Source: Rebecca billardiae RCC1528
Lineage: Eukaryota; Protista; Haptophyta
DNA: 64,000 nucleotides
Assembly (NCBI GenBank): GCA_965240325.2
Contig: OZ251224.1
Coordinates: 124,001 to 188,000 of the forward strand
Direction of reading: 5' to 3'
Below, in pieces: positions 26,514 to 38,100 of this stretch. Position 1 is the stretch's first letter, and every line of letters begins with the position of its first letter. The position numbers were made by a program, and so were the translations under genes. A model generated the notes under the pieces. It searched no databases. It saw only the letters and a program-made list of their open reading frames with translations, and was not told the origin of the DNA.

Positions 26514-26569
26514 GACGAATCAGGAGAGCTGCGCCCTCGTGCCTGTGTCTTTAAATCATAGAATTGGTC
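26514..26569 (+). repeat. Dispersed repeat; inverted copy at ~62433-62488
   Basis: GACGAATCAGGAGA(G/C)CTGCGCC...CCTGTGTC(T/G)TTAAATCATAGAAT(T/G)GGTC shared, with a handful of substitutions. Confidence 0.8.
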
Positions 26570-26932
26570 CGCCGCCCGCGGTGCGGCCGTGGCGGCCGCC
26601 GTGCCTGGTCATGTGGTGCCGCCGGATCAGGCGGATCACTCGGATCAGTACCACGGGGACGCGGCACGCGGGCACGCAGCCCACGCTGCCGCGCTGCCCG
26701 CCAGCCCGGCCGGCCACGGGCCAGTACGCTTCAGGACGATCGAGCGCAGTCGTAGTCGTCATCGTTTTATTATATTTATAACTCGCGCGCCGGCGGTTGC
26801 TGACGCGTACGACGACGTGATGTATGCCGATATGACGAGCAGTCGTAATAACAGACTGCATCGTCAATGCTGATGTTGCGCAGCATGCTGTTAGCTGCGC
26901 TGCCTGACGAGTGCTGCTACTACTGCGCTACA

Positions 26933-27098
26933 CAAGGGCGTTCCCGGGATCCTGCCACACGCTCCTGAAATGCAAAGCCCCCGCTGCGGGGGCTTTGCCT
27001 TTTTCCGTATTCAAATGTACCCGCTTCGAATGGAGGAAGGTCGTTTCAATAGGAAGGTGGTTCAATTTGGCGTATGACCAATGCGGGGAACGCCCCTG
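26933..27098. mobile_element. 166-bp MITE-like element with ~13-bp TIRs and an internal perfect hairpin
   Basis: CAAGGGCGTTCCC ... GGGAACGCCCCTG, and hairpin GCAAAGCCCCCGC-T-GCGGGGGCTTTGC at 26972-26998. No TSD seen. Confidence 0.55.
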
Positions 27099-27171
27099 GA
27101 TAGACGTAGTGCAACAGCACCTCCAGCCGCTGCAGAGACAGAGACGATGTCCGCGTGCGTGGCATCACTCA

Positions 27172-30100
27172 TCAGACAAACATGGGCATCTCGTCGTCGG
27201 AGTCCTCACGCTCGACAACGAGTAGTGCTGGCAAGCTGCTGTCGTGCTGGAGCAGCGTGTTCGCGGCCTCGACGCCGCCCAGTGGCTCGTCATTGATCCC
27301 CGCCGCAGCGCTCGGTGTGGGCTCCGCCTCGGCCGCGGCCGCGCTGCTGTTGCCAGCGCTTGCAGTCGAGGGCTCGGGCACCAGCTCAGCGCCTGCGTCC
27401 GGTGCTGCCAGCAGGCTCCCCTCCGCGTCCAGCGCGGCGCGGCGCTCTCCGTGGCTGATGAGCGGGCTCGGCTCGGACTCGTCCGGGCCGAGGGCGGCGT
27501 CCACGCTGCCGGGCGATGAGCGGCGCATGCGGCCCGGCGTCAGCGTCACTATCTCGTAGACGGTACGAAGCGCGCCCTGGGTCCACTCCTTCGTAGCGGT
27601 GCCCGGGGCCTCAGCCAAGCCGTGGGCGAGGTGCGCACCGCCCTCGGGAGGCGAGTGCACGCGCGGGGCGGCCGAGCGCACGCTCGGGGTCGAGCCCAGC
27701 CGCCAGCTGAGGCCCGCGAGGGCGGCGGAGATGGCGCCGCGCACGACGGCGTTGAACGCCTCGATCGCCGCGGCGGCGTCCTCCAGCCCGCGGCTCTGCC
27801 CGCGCATCCGCAGCTGCGCGGTGCTCAGCCCGCTCGGCGCAAACCTCGAGACGATTGCCTCCATGATGAGTGCGCGGTCCGCCGGCACCGACGCCTGCGC
27901 GCCGCGCATGTCGAAGGAGGTGAGCGCGCTCTCTACGTCCTCGGGCGCGCGGTTGAGCGCGCGCAGCAGCCGCTCGCGCTGCGCGAACGGCATCGCCAGG
28001 TGGAACGAGCCGCCGCCCGCGCCGCTCCGCGCCCTCGGCCCGGCGCGCGCGTCCCCCTTGAACGACTTGCGCCCCGCGCCGGGCGTGCTCAGCCCGCTCA
28101 GCACGAGGTGCGCGTGCATGATCTCGAAGAGGCACCACATGCGCGAGAGCGCCACCGCCGCGTCGTACGGGTCGAGCACGAGCACGACGTGCCGGATGTG
28201 CCGGATCACGCCCGCGATGTGGATCACGTCGGACTCCACGCGGTGCTGCCGGATCGAGAAGATGCTGCGTTGGGCAGGCGGGCAGGCGGCGGTGGCGGCG
28301 CACGCGCGTGGCTGGTGAGCACCGGCGCGCGCGCTCGCTCGCGGCCGACGGCGCGCGCGCGGTGGCGGGGGGCGCGTGCGCGCACTCGATCCACAGGTAC
28401 TGCTTGTCCGGCCTGAGCGCGTGCAGCTGCATGTGCTGCTCCACCGCGTCGATGAGCCCCCTGAACGTGCACGCCTGCGCGTGGCTCACAAAGAGGGTGG
28501 CGCGGTGCACGCCCAGCGTTCCGTCGGCCGTGCGCGCCTTGCGCTCGCGCTCGCACAGCGAGAGATGGCTGTCGGCGGTCAGCTGCGAGACAAGCTTGGA
28601 GACCGAGTAGGTGGGGTCGTCGGGGTCGATGCCGTTGTCGTCGGCGAACTCGCACAGGAACGCGAGCGACACGCCCAGCGTCAGATGCTCGGGCAGCGCG
28701 CCCTCCCAGCTCGAGGGCGGCGCCGAGGCGTGCACGCCATCGCGCGGCGCGCGCTGATGCGAGTCGGGCGGAGGGCACGCTGCGCACTCCGCCAAAGCCG
28801 GCGGATGGCGCAGCGGTGGCAGCCGGTTCGAGCGAGTAGCGGCGCCACCGAGCTCAGACATTGGCGAAGTGCTCTCGCTGCAGATCCTCAGCTCGTGCCT
28901 GGGGCCGCTGTACTTGTGCCTGGCGGGGAAGCGCGCGTGCGCGGGCGAGCCCCAGTCGGCGCTGTGGGGTGCCTGGGCGGCAGCGCTCGCTGCAGACACA
29001 CGCGCGGGCGTCTCCGCGGTGGGGCCGACGGGCTCCGACGGGGTAGGCGGCGGGAGCGCGTCGACGCTGCAGGGCCGTCGCTGCCGCCGAGGAGCGAAGC
29101 CGAGCTCGAGCAGCTTGTGCGCGTGCGACGTCGGGCTGTCCGGTGAGACAGCCGTGATGCGCTCGGACGACTCGCTCGCCCGCGAGGGCTGCAGCGCGCG
29201 CACGCACTTGCACAGGCGCGCAGCGAGGCACGCGTGCACACATTCGAGCGGCCCGCGACGGATCGGCTCGCCGATGGGCTCGCACACGGGCAGCTGCGTG
29301 ATCATCCGCACCGTGTAGAGCAGCGTGAGCGCCACGTGCACCGCCAGCCTGCGCTCGGCGCCGAACACCGACCAGGGCCACAGCGTGCTGACCAGCATGA
29401 TCACGCACGAGAAGCCGACGGAGCGCCACGCGTGCCGGCTCAGAGACGCGCGCACCGAGCAGGGCGTGTACGTGACCTGCTGCAAGCCCGCCGCGCGGAC
29501 GGAGCGCAGCGCCGCCACCGAGAGCGCGAGCACGGCGGCCGGCTCGACCAGCGTGATCAGCGCGACGCGCACAAACACGGCGGGCCCGCGCGCGCGGTTG
29601 CTCGTCTGCAGCAGCGTGCTGATCGCACCCTCGAGCACGAGCAGGCAGCACGTGATGCCCAGCAGCACCCGCGTGCACGCGCCCTTCCTCAGGACGAACG
29701 AGGCGAGCCTCGACCCCCGGCTGCCCTCAAGGAAGTAGACTGCATCGTCAGCCGCGGGCGCGGCAGCGTGCGTGGGAGCGGGAGCGCGCGGGGCGCGTGA
29801 GTTGGGTGCCGCGAGATGGCTCGCGGGCGCTGCACGCAGGCGCAGAGCAGAGCCGCGCGCGCAGCCCCGCCGCCACTACGCGCGCGCACCGCAGAAAGCA
29901 GCCGTCGCGAGCGACGAGAGCGCGCTGCACGGCGCGAAGAGCATCTGCTGCATCTGGAACCACGTGATCTCCCGCGGCACGCGGAGCATCATCGCGCCGA
30001 GCAGCAGCAGCAGCAGGCTGCCCAGCAGCGAGAAGGAGAGGATCATGTGCGGGATGCTGAGCTGACCGCCCGAGTCCACGCGCCAGAACGCGAGCAGCCG

Positions 30101-30739
30101 AGTGAGCGCCATCTCCACGCTCAGCAGATTGGGCAAGATGACCACGAGTGCGAGCCACGACGCGACCGGCGACGAGATGAGCGCCTCCAGTGGGCCGGGG
30201 CCGGGCGCGAGGCGGCCGCTGAGCGCCTCGCCCGCGCGGAGCGACTCGACGAGCGGCAAGGCGGCACTGGAGGTGATGTCCGCGCACGTCACATTCCAAT
30301 GGTGCCCAACATCGCCGATGCTGCGCGCGCCGTACGCGAATCCCGGCTGCGCGTCCATCAGCGAGGCGTATCGCTCGTGGAACGAGACCCAGCCCACGGC
30401 TCCGAGCTGCGCGGCGGCGCGCGCGTGCTGCTCGGCGCTGCACTGCACCGTCCAGGCGTCGACGTGGACGATGATGGCGCCTCGGAAGTGCGCCGTGCCT
30501 CGCATGGCAGCGGCTCGGGTCAGCACGGGTGGGCACCCGTCCCCAGCGGAGTCGTACGCCCAGTCCGCCGCCTCGGTCAGCGCGAGAGGCGCGGCCGGCA
30601 CAGCGCGAGCCGTGGGTGCTGAGCGGCTGGACGTCGCGAAGCGAGCCGCCTCGTACGTCGCGCCGTCGCTCGTCGCGAGCCAGCCCGCGTCACCCGCGAG
30701 CGTGGTCACGCACAGGAGTCCAAGCGTGCCGACGACCAT
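27172..30739 (-). CDS. Receptor-like protein: signal peptide, PA-like ectodomain, 7 TM helices, cytosolic TIR/HET-like domain; exons 30739-29890, 29739-28386, 28264-27172
   Basis: PA-like FRGAIIVH..C..AAAQLGAVGW, seven hydrophobic segments, then GVSLAFL..ATLFVSHA..YLWIDIFSIRQH..VVLVLDP..LSRMWCLFEI. GT-AG introns of 150 and 121 nt restore the frame and the WID motif. An alternative ATG lies at 30871. Confidence 0.8.
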
Positions 30740-32026
30740 GGTCGTTGAGAGCCGTGCTGGCGCGGTGAAGCTCGCGCGTCGCCGGCGAGTTGTGGGAGGT
30801 TGGTCAAACCGCGGTTCACTTTGGTGGTGGATTCGCGCCAAAGATGGATGCTCGTTGGAAAACGCCTCCATGATTAGGACCGCAATTGAAACAAGTTTGT
30901 GTGAAAGGAACCGGAGTTCGTGTGTATCCTACCGCGATCTACTCAGATCCACATCTCCAGATGCCCCCACGTATTCGTGGTATCGCCGTTGCTTCATTAA
31001 TTCAAGCCGGGATACCTAGGTTAATTAATTCAAGCCGGGACCTTGAGGCCCTTGTTATGGAGATGGATGGGGCTTGAACCGCCGCTTGTGTGAGTCGATC
31101 CTCTAGATCTCGGCTCTGGGTACGATGGGGTATTTTTTAGAATTCCCTTTGTATGGGTGGGGTACTACCTGGTTATAGTGTGCCTGAAATCGCCGGACCG
31201 TATGTGAGTATGTGACAGCCATGGCTGCCGCACGCCGACCGCGTACGCACGGTCCGGAGCGCATGTCGGATGGTCAAAGCACGTGCGCCGGCCTCTTGGC
31301 CCGCCCTTCGATGAGCTCGTCGCGTCTCTCCTCACGCTCCAGCCATGCTGCATGCACTAGAGTGCACCGTGCGGGCCGGCTGGCGAGCTGCAGACGCGGT
31401 GGATGCCCGGTTGGCATGTGCGCCTAAGGCTGGGCGCCCAGGCCTTTAGGGCGTACGGGGGTGGACGTGCACACTTGCGTTCAGTCCTTTGAAGCGCGCG
31501 CCGAGGCTGTTTCGGAGGCGTGCACCTACTCGCGGATGTCGGCGGCACTCCGTCACCGAGTGGGCAGCCCGCCGTGGCCACAGAGGCCACGGCGGGCACT
31601 TCATTCGGGCGAGATGTACATGGCCCCATGGCGGCAGGGAACGTTCTGTGTGTACGCTGCGGGTCCCGCCGAGGTCAGTGATACGGGCTTCGCCTGGGTG
31701 TGTGGCTTGAACACACTGCTCGGGGGCCCACGGATCGCCGCGCATGACGCAGGGCGCGGCCGCGGGTTACCAATACCCTCCGGCTCCGCCAGCCCGTTAG
31801 CCTACATAGCTGCGCTAGCAAATAGTAACTAGGCCATTATTATATAAAAATACGTGCGGCACATGCGCAGTGTGTCAAAACTCAAAATATTTTATAATAT
31901 ATATAGACGGAGTTTTATTATTCATCGTCAACGAGAACCCTAGCGCGCTACTCTGGAGCCCTTCCCATATTATAATAATAAAATAATATATATAATTGCT
32001 GAATGGCCAGCGTCCGCAATTGGCCT

Positions 32027-32124
32027 TCTCAAACCGGTAGAAAACCCGTTTGCCGACTGAGCTAAATCGGCTCGCGCGAGCCGATTTAGCTCAGTCGGCA
32101 AACGGGTTTTCAACCGGTTTGAGA
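32027..32124. repeat. 98-bp loopless palindrome (one mismatch)
   Basis: TCTCAAACCGGTAGAAAACCCGTTTGCCGACTGAGCTAAATCGGCTCGC|GCGAGCCGATTTAGCTCAGTCGGCAAACGGGTTTTCAACCGGTTTGAGA. Part of the right arm is repeated at 32424-32452. Confidence 0.95.
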
Positions 32125-33031
32125 TAACCGTAAGTCACCTGGGGACAGTCCCGCGAGGGGCTGTAGTCCGTCCCAGTCTACCGACTACGGATTTGTTGAC
32201 GAGGTTGTTCCTTCCCCGCCCGGTCTGTCCCGGGCGTCCTGCCCTGCGTGCTCGTCTGCGCTGTGTGGCTTCGTAGAGGCTCCGGCTTCTGTGTGTGTGT
32301 GGGCGGTGAGCCCTTCACTGCGGCTGTGGCTTCTTGAGGCTCGTTGTGTCATCGACATCGTTGTTGACCCGGGGGTGACTGTACCCGGGGGCTGCGCTTC
32401 TCGTGGAACCGTGCTCGTCTTCTGTCGGCAAACGGGTTTTCAACCGGTTTGATCTTTGGCACTACGCCAGGTTAACGGCGAGTTTTCGGATGAACCAAGT
32501 GTGCGTGCACGTTAAACTGATGCTGATGATAATAGCAGTATAAACTGAGTAGTCAAGGGCCTTGCTTATTATTGCAGTAGTGATGATAGCACTTATTATT
32601 ATTATATTTATAGCCAGCTCGGCACTGTTTACGAATCCGACGAATAATATCGTGTTACCACAGTGTATAATGCCGAATGCGGCGGCGGAGTTTCATGGCC
32701 GCGCGTAATAGTATTATTCGTCGATCTATATAATCCGATTATTTATTCGAGTCCTCGGGTACGTGAGTATATATATGCATATATATGCATATATATGTAT
32801 AGATCGAGCTTATATATATTAATTAATTAATTAATATAGCAGTCGTGTGACGATTTAGTACAAACTGTAAAAATACTCAGAATATAATAATAGTTATAAT
32901 AATGATCAAACGTAGTATACGTACCCGAGACGTAGTGGCCGCCCGCGCAGCACGGCCGTCCCGACGGCGTGACGGACCGTAGGGAACACCAGCTACAGTA
33001 GGAGTAGGATAGCGCTGCTCCGCAGCAGTCC

Positions 33032-33982
33032 TCACCTGCCGCCGCCCTTCTCGTCGTGCTCGTGCTCGCACAGCGGGAGCAGGAGCTGCTCGAGGCTCGA
33101 TCGGCGCCGCAGCAGCCCGGCCCGCTTCGCCTTCGCGCGCTGCATCGTGATGTACTCGTCGGAGGCGAACATGAAGACGAAGGTTGCAAAGTTGGCGGCC
33201 AGGTTTTTCAGCATCAGGCTCGACCAGCAGCGCAGCAGGTACTGCGGCCGCATCACCGCCGAGAACGCCTCAGCGCGCGCTGCGCTGCCGTGCTTCCCGT
33301 GCCCGTGCGCAGCGTCGAGCTGGGCCTGCACGGCCGTGGCCGTCTCGGTCACGAAGGCGGCGGAGGTCTCGACGAGCGAGACCGCGGGCGTCACGACGCT
33401 CGCCAGGTACGCGGCGCGCACCGCCACCTGCTGGTTGTTCTCGCACGGCCTGCTCAGCGGGCCCTGCCGCACGTACGGCACGAGGAAGTCCTTCATGCCG
33501 AAGCAGAGCATCATGCGCAGCCCCTCCCCCGGCGCAAAGATCGCGGTGTTGAGCGCATATGAACGCAGCCCGGCGGCCGTGCCGAAGAGCCGGACGGCCG
33601 CCGCCGGGTACCGCTCGCCGCTGATCTTGGCGAGCTGCAACATCCGGAAGAGGTTGAGAACGGGCGAGAACACGAGGCCGCAGGCAAAGCTCGCGGCGAA
33701 CGGCCGCTCCTCGCGCAGCTCAGTCGGGATCTGCAGGTTGAGGTACGTCGCCGTCCCCTTCATGCCGAAGCGCGCGACCCCGCCCGCGTACGCCGAGCTC
33801 AGCGACAGCGTGCTCTCCCGCATGTGCGCAAAGAAGCCGTGTGCGAGGGCGGTGTCGTGCGCGATGACGATGCGCGCCCGATCGAGGGGGATGCCCAGCA
33901 GGTTTGCGCTGATCCCGGCGGACACGGCGCCCGCCAGCTTCACCGTCTCCTCCGACGCGCCGCCTGCCAGCGCCGCCGCCAT
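33032..33982 (-). CDS. Divergent mitochondrial-carrier (SLC25)-like membrane protein
   Basis: 316 aa. AGAVSAG..IPLDRAR matches PX[DE]XX[KR], followed by YAGG..RF. Repeats 2 and 3 are degenerate. Confidence 0.55.
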   Translation of the reverse strand: MAAALAGGASEETVKLAGAVSAGISANLLGIPLDRARIVIAHDTALAHGFFAHMRESTLSLSSAYAGGVARFGMKGTATYLNLQIPTELREERPFAASFACGLVFSPVLNLFRMLQLAKISGERYPAAAVRLFGTAAGLRSYALNTAIFAPGEGLRMMLCFGMKDFLVPYVRQGPLSRPCENNQQVAVRAAYLASVVTPAVSLVETSAAFVTETATAVQAQLDAAHGHGKHGSAARAEAFSAVMRPQYLLRCWSSLMLKNLAANFATFVFMFASDEYITMQRAKAKRAGLLRRRSSLEQLLLPLCEHEHDEKGGGR

Positions 33983-34064
33983 GATTGCGGACCTCGCCCC
34001 ACGTGTTCACGCCCGTGCGTCCACCCTGATCTGATGCGAAGTCGCGCGATCGCGCCCTTCGCAA

Positions 34065-35058
34065 GGCGAGCGGTGCGAGCGGAGCGGAGCGAGTACTATC
34101 AGCGGCGGAGGGCGGCGAGGCCGCGCACGGCGTGAGGCGCGACGTCGGCCGAGTCGGTCCGCAGAGGATGCGCGGCGCTCGGCCCGCTGCGCAGCAGCAG
34201 TGCGCCTCACTTTGCCCCGAGCGCCGTCCTCCTCGTCGCCTCCTTCCCGCCTTGGAGCAGCACGCATGTGCGCGCCGCCACAATGAAGGCGGCACGGGCT
34301 CGCTCGGAAGACCGCGCGCGCGTGGCGCGCGACTTGGTCGGCTGCGCGCGCGCGCTGCCGCGGGGCAAGGTAGCGCCATCGAATGCGCGCGCCGTGCCCG
34401 CGCGAGCCTTTGCTCACGGACATCTCATGAGCGTAGTGCTCGCTTGCCTGCTTGCTCTCACAAATGGTTCGCTGTGCCTCACGCCGGCACTGTTCGGGTC
34501 GATTAGCAGGGCGTTGAGTGACATTGGAAAGCCAGGACGAAGGCCAAGTCTTGTGTATTCCTTCTCAGCACGAATGCAAGTGGAAGCTAAGGCTCGGCAT
34601 CGATGGTACCAACACTCACGCCGCTGTCTTTTCCAGCTTCACGACAGTCGGCAAGTCGGATGCGCAGGCAGCATTCGGCATGCGTGTGAGCTCGCACCCA
34701 CGTGCGCGTACACGCTCTCGCGCGGGCACGGCGCGCGCATTCGATGGCGCTACCTTGCCCCGCGGCAGCGCGCGCGCGCAGCCGACCAAGTCGCGCGCCA
34801 CGCGCGCGCGGTCTTCCGAGCGAGCCCGTGCCGCCTTCATTGTGGCGGCGCGCACATGCGTGCTGCTCCAAGGCGGGAAGGAGGCGACGAGGAGGACGGC
34901 GCTCGGGGCAAAGTGAGGCGCACTGCTGCTGCGCAGCGGGCCGAGCGCCGCGCATCCTCTGCAGACCGACTCGGCCGACGTCGCGCCTCACGCCGTGCGC
35001 GGCCTCGCCGCCCTCCGCCGCTGATAGTACTCGCTCCGCTCCGCTCGCACCGCTCGCC
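34065..35058. mobile_element. Foldback structure: 342-bp near-perfect inverted repeats around a 310-bp spacer
   Basis: Arms 34065-34406 and 34717-35058; only one mismatch noticed. Mirrored ORFs appear in the six-frame track. Confidence 0.85.
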
Positions 35059-35147
35059 GAGGCAAACAGAGCCCTCCCGACCTCCGCGGCTGTCGCCAGC
35101 GGAGTTGCGCACCCTTACTACCCTTGCCCTTCGGCAGAGTTCGGCTT

Positions 35148-38100
35148 CATAACTCACTCGGTAGACCCACATGAGAGTAGATTGAGGTGGGGGCCGCGTT
35201 GATAAACGCGTGAGGTGACTAGGTCACACCCCCGAAGCCGTCCAGGATGCGACGCCGACCAGGAAGGACTCGCCGATGCATTCGAGCAACTCCGCCGACA
35301 GAAGCCGATGACCGCCTAGACGCCGAAGAGGAAGTACTCGATGGAGCACGTAGACCGCAGGCGCTGGCAGCCGACGCCCCCCCCCCAACGCAAGTTTGGG
35401 CAGAGCGCGGCGCCGCAGGAGGCAGAGGCCTCGAGGGCCTCCACCCCCCCGACACCGCGCGCACCCAAGGCCATGCCCACCCAGCAACCAGCAGGGTGGG
35501 AGGGCAGGGAGAAACAACTCCCAGAGGAGGAGCAGCCACCAGGGCAGCGGTGACCAGAGCAGCCACGCCGGCCGCCGCGCCGCGGGTGCAGCCAGCGAGC
35601 GCGGCCGCACCCAGACGCGCATGGCTTGCCAAGCTGCTGAGCCAATCCAGGCCCGCGCCCAATCCGGGCCTGGCTCGGCTTGACGACCGGAAAACCTCCA
35701 GGCAGCCGGACCCTGGCTGCCAGCCCGCCCTCATGAGGGCTACCGGTGAGTTATACCCGCATAACCGAGCGGTTATACAACCATAACTCACTCGGTAGAC
35801 CCACATGAGAGTAGATTGAGGTGGGGGCCGCGTTGATAAACGCGTGAGGTGACTAGGTCACACCCCCGAAGCCGTCCAGGATGCGACGCCGACCAGGAAG
35901 GACTCGCCGATGCATTCGAGCACTACTACGCCGACAGAAGCCGATGACCGCCTAGACGCCGAAGAGGAAGTACTCGATGGAGCACGTAGACCGCAGGCGC
36001 TGGCAGCCGACGCCCCCCCCCCAACGCAAGTTTGGGCAGAGCGCGGCGCCGCAGGAGGCAGAGGCCTCGAGGGCCTCCACCCAGGACCCGTTGCACGGGT
36101 GAGTAACCGTGAGCGTATGAAAAAACGACAAGCGTATGAAATCTCGCGGTTTTGTCGCTCGCGCTGCCGCATGGCTGACGTCCGCGCCGATCCGAGCGCA
36201 ATGGTGCATTGCGAAGCCGATTCGCAATGCACCAATCCAATCCGCATGTCAATCGACCCAACCGTCGCTGAGAACGAACGACAAAACCCAGGGCAGGTGT
36301 CCACCACGAAGCCACGCCGCGCGCGCGCTGGCAGCGTGAGCCGGCGCGGTTGCAAAGGGTTGCCCAAAGGCAGAGAGATCAGCCAATGCGGCTACCTTCG
36401 GCAAGCACGCCACCTCAGCGTCAGCATCGGGTGGGGCCGTGAGGATACATGCCCTTGGATGCGGCTCCAGCCAAACGGCTCTCGACGCGGGGAGCCGCCA
36501 TCGGCCGCGAGCGCGTACACGGATACACGTGCTGTCCTCGTGAACGAGGATTCAGGAGACGAGGCGCGGCCCGCGATGCGCAGGCAAGACCTAGGGAGTG
36601 GCTCACGCTTTGATCGCGGGTACGGGTACAGAAGGCGTGCGCACGCAACCACACCGCCTTCGTGAAGCGCGTGGGCAAGCTGCTGAAGCTCTCACGATGC
36701 GCGCTTACTTCTCATCTCCGTGCGCTCGCCGACCGCTCACGCTGCCTTCCGCGCGGCGGACCTGGGAAACCTGCCACCTGGCGCGCACGACGCAGCGCGT
36801 AACGCGGAAGGTGGTAGATCTGCTGCCACGCTCCCGCTGCCGCCGCCGGCGGCGGCAGCGGCATGCCCACGATGCGGCGACGGTGCTGATGACTATCACT
36901 GCCAAAGTGTCGTTTTTTCGGCGCTCACGCGTGCAACGGGTCCCAGAAGGAGGTGTGGAATGCCACACCCCGCAGGGGTGGTGGCCGGGGGCCCGAAGAG
37001 GCCGAGGCCGCCGAAGGGGTAGCGCGAGGACCGAAGGCGGCAGAGGCCCAGAGGGGCTCCCCGCAGGGTTGTATGAGTAAGGACGATCCAGACGGCATGA
37101 GACAGTGGGCACGAAAACATGCGCGGCGGCGGCGGCGCAGGCGGGAAGCAGGCGCGAGACACGCACGCGTAGCGTCAGATAAGGTAGCAGGTCGCATCCC
37201 ACACACAGCAGTGCACGGCAGACTGCAGAGGAGGCGGCAGAGAAGGAGAGAGCAGCACCCACCCGCCAGGCGATGAAGGCAAGCGAGACTGCGAAGCGTG
37301 AGAAGATTGCAGACGGGGACGCCTGGGAGCGGTTCCCAGGCGCCCCCATCGAAAGCAGAGCATGAGAAGATTGCAGACGGGGACGCCTCGAAGCGGTTCC
37401 GAGGCGCCCCCATTGAAAGCAGAGCATGAGAAGATTGCAGACGGGGACGCCTCGAAGCGGTTCCGAGGCGCCCCCATCGAAAGCAGAGCATGAGAAGATA
37501 GATTGCAGACGGGGACGCCTCGAAGCGGCTCCGAGGCGCCCCCATCGAAAGCAGATAGAGCATGAGAAGATTGCAGACGGGGACGCCTCGAAGCGGCTCC
37601 GAGGCGCCCCCATCGAAAGCAGAGAGCAAGCAGGGCAGGTGCACGAGTGGAGAGAGCGAGGGCTGAGGGCTGCCTACCGCCGACGCACACGCACCTGGAA
37701 GAAACAACTCCCAGAGGAGGAGCAGCCACCAGCGCAGCGGTGACCAGAGCAGCCACGCCGGCCGCCGCGCCGCGGGTGCAGCCAGCGAGCGCGGCCGCAC
37801 CCAGACGCGCATGGCTTGCCAAGCTCCGAAGATTGCAGACGGGGACGCCTCGAAGCGGTTCCGAGGCACCCCCATCGAAAGCAGAGCATGAGAAGATAGA
37901 TTGCAGACGGGGACGCCTCGAAGCGGTTCCGAGGCGCCCCCATCGAAAGCAGATAGAGCATGAGAAAATTGCAGACGGGGACGCCTCGAAGCGGCTCCGA
38001 GGCGCCCCCATCGAAAGCAGAGAGCAAGCAGGGCAGGTGCACGAGTGGAGAGAGCGAGGGCTGAGGGCGGCCTACCGCCGACGCACACGCACCTGGAAGA

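Noticed and set aside
37300-38025. CRISPR array or hammerhead ribozyme array
   Set aside because: Units are contiguous with no unique spacers and no cas genes are present. The CUGANGA core is absent.
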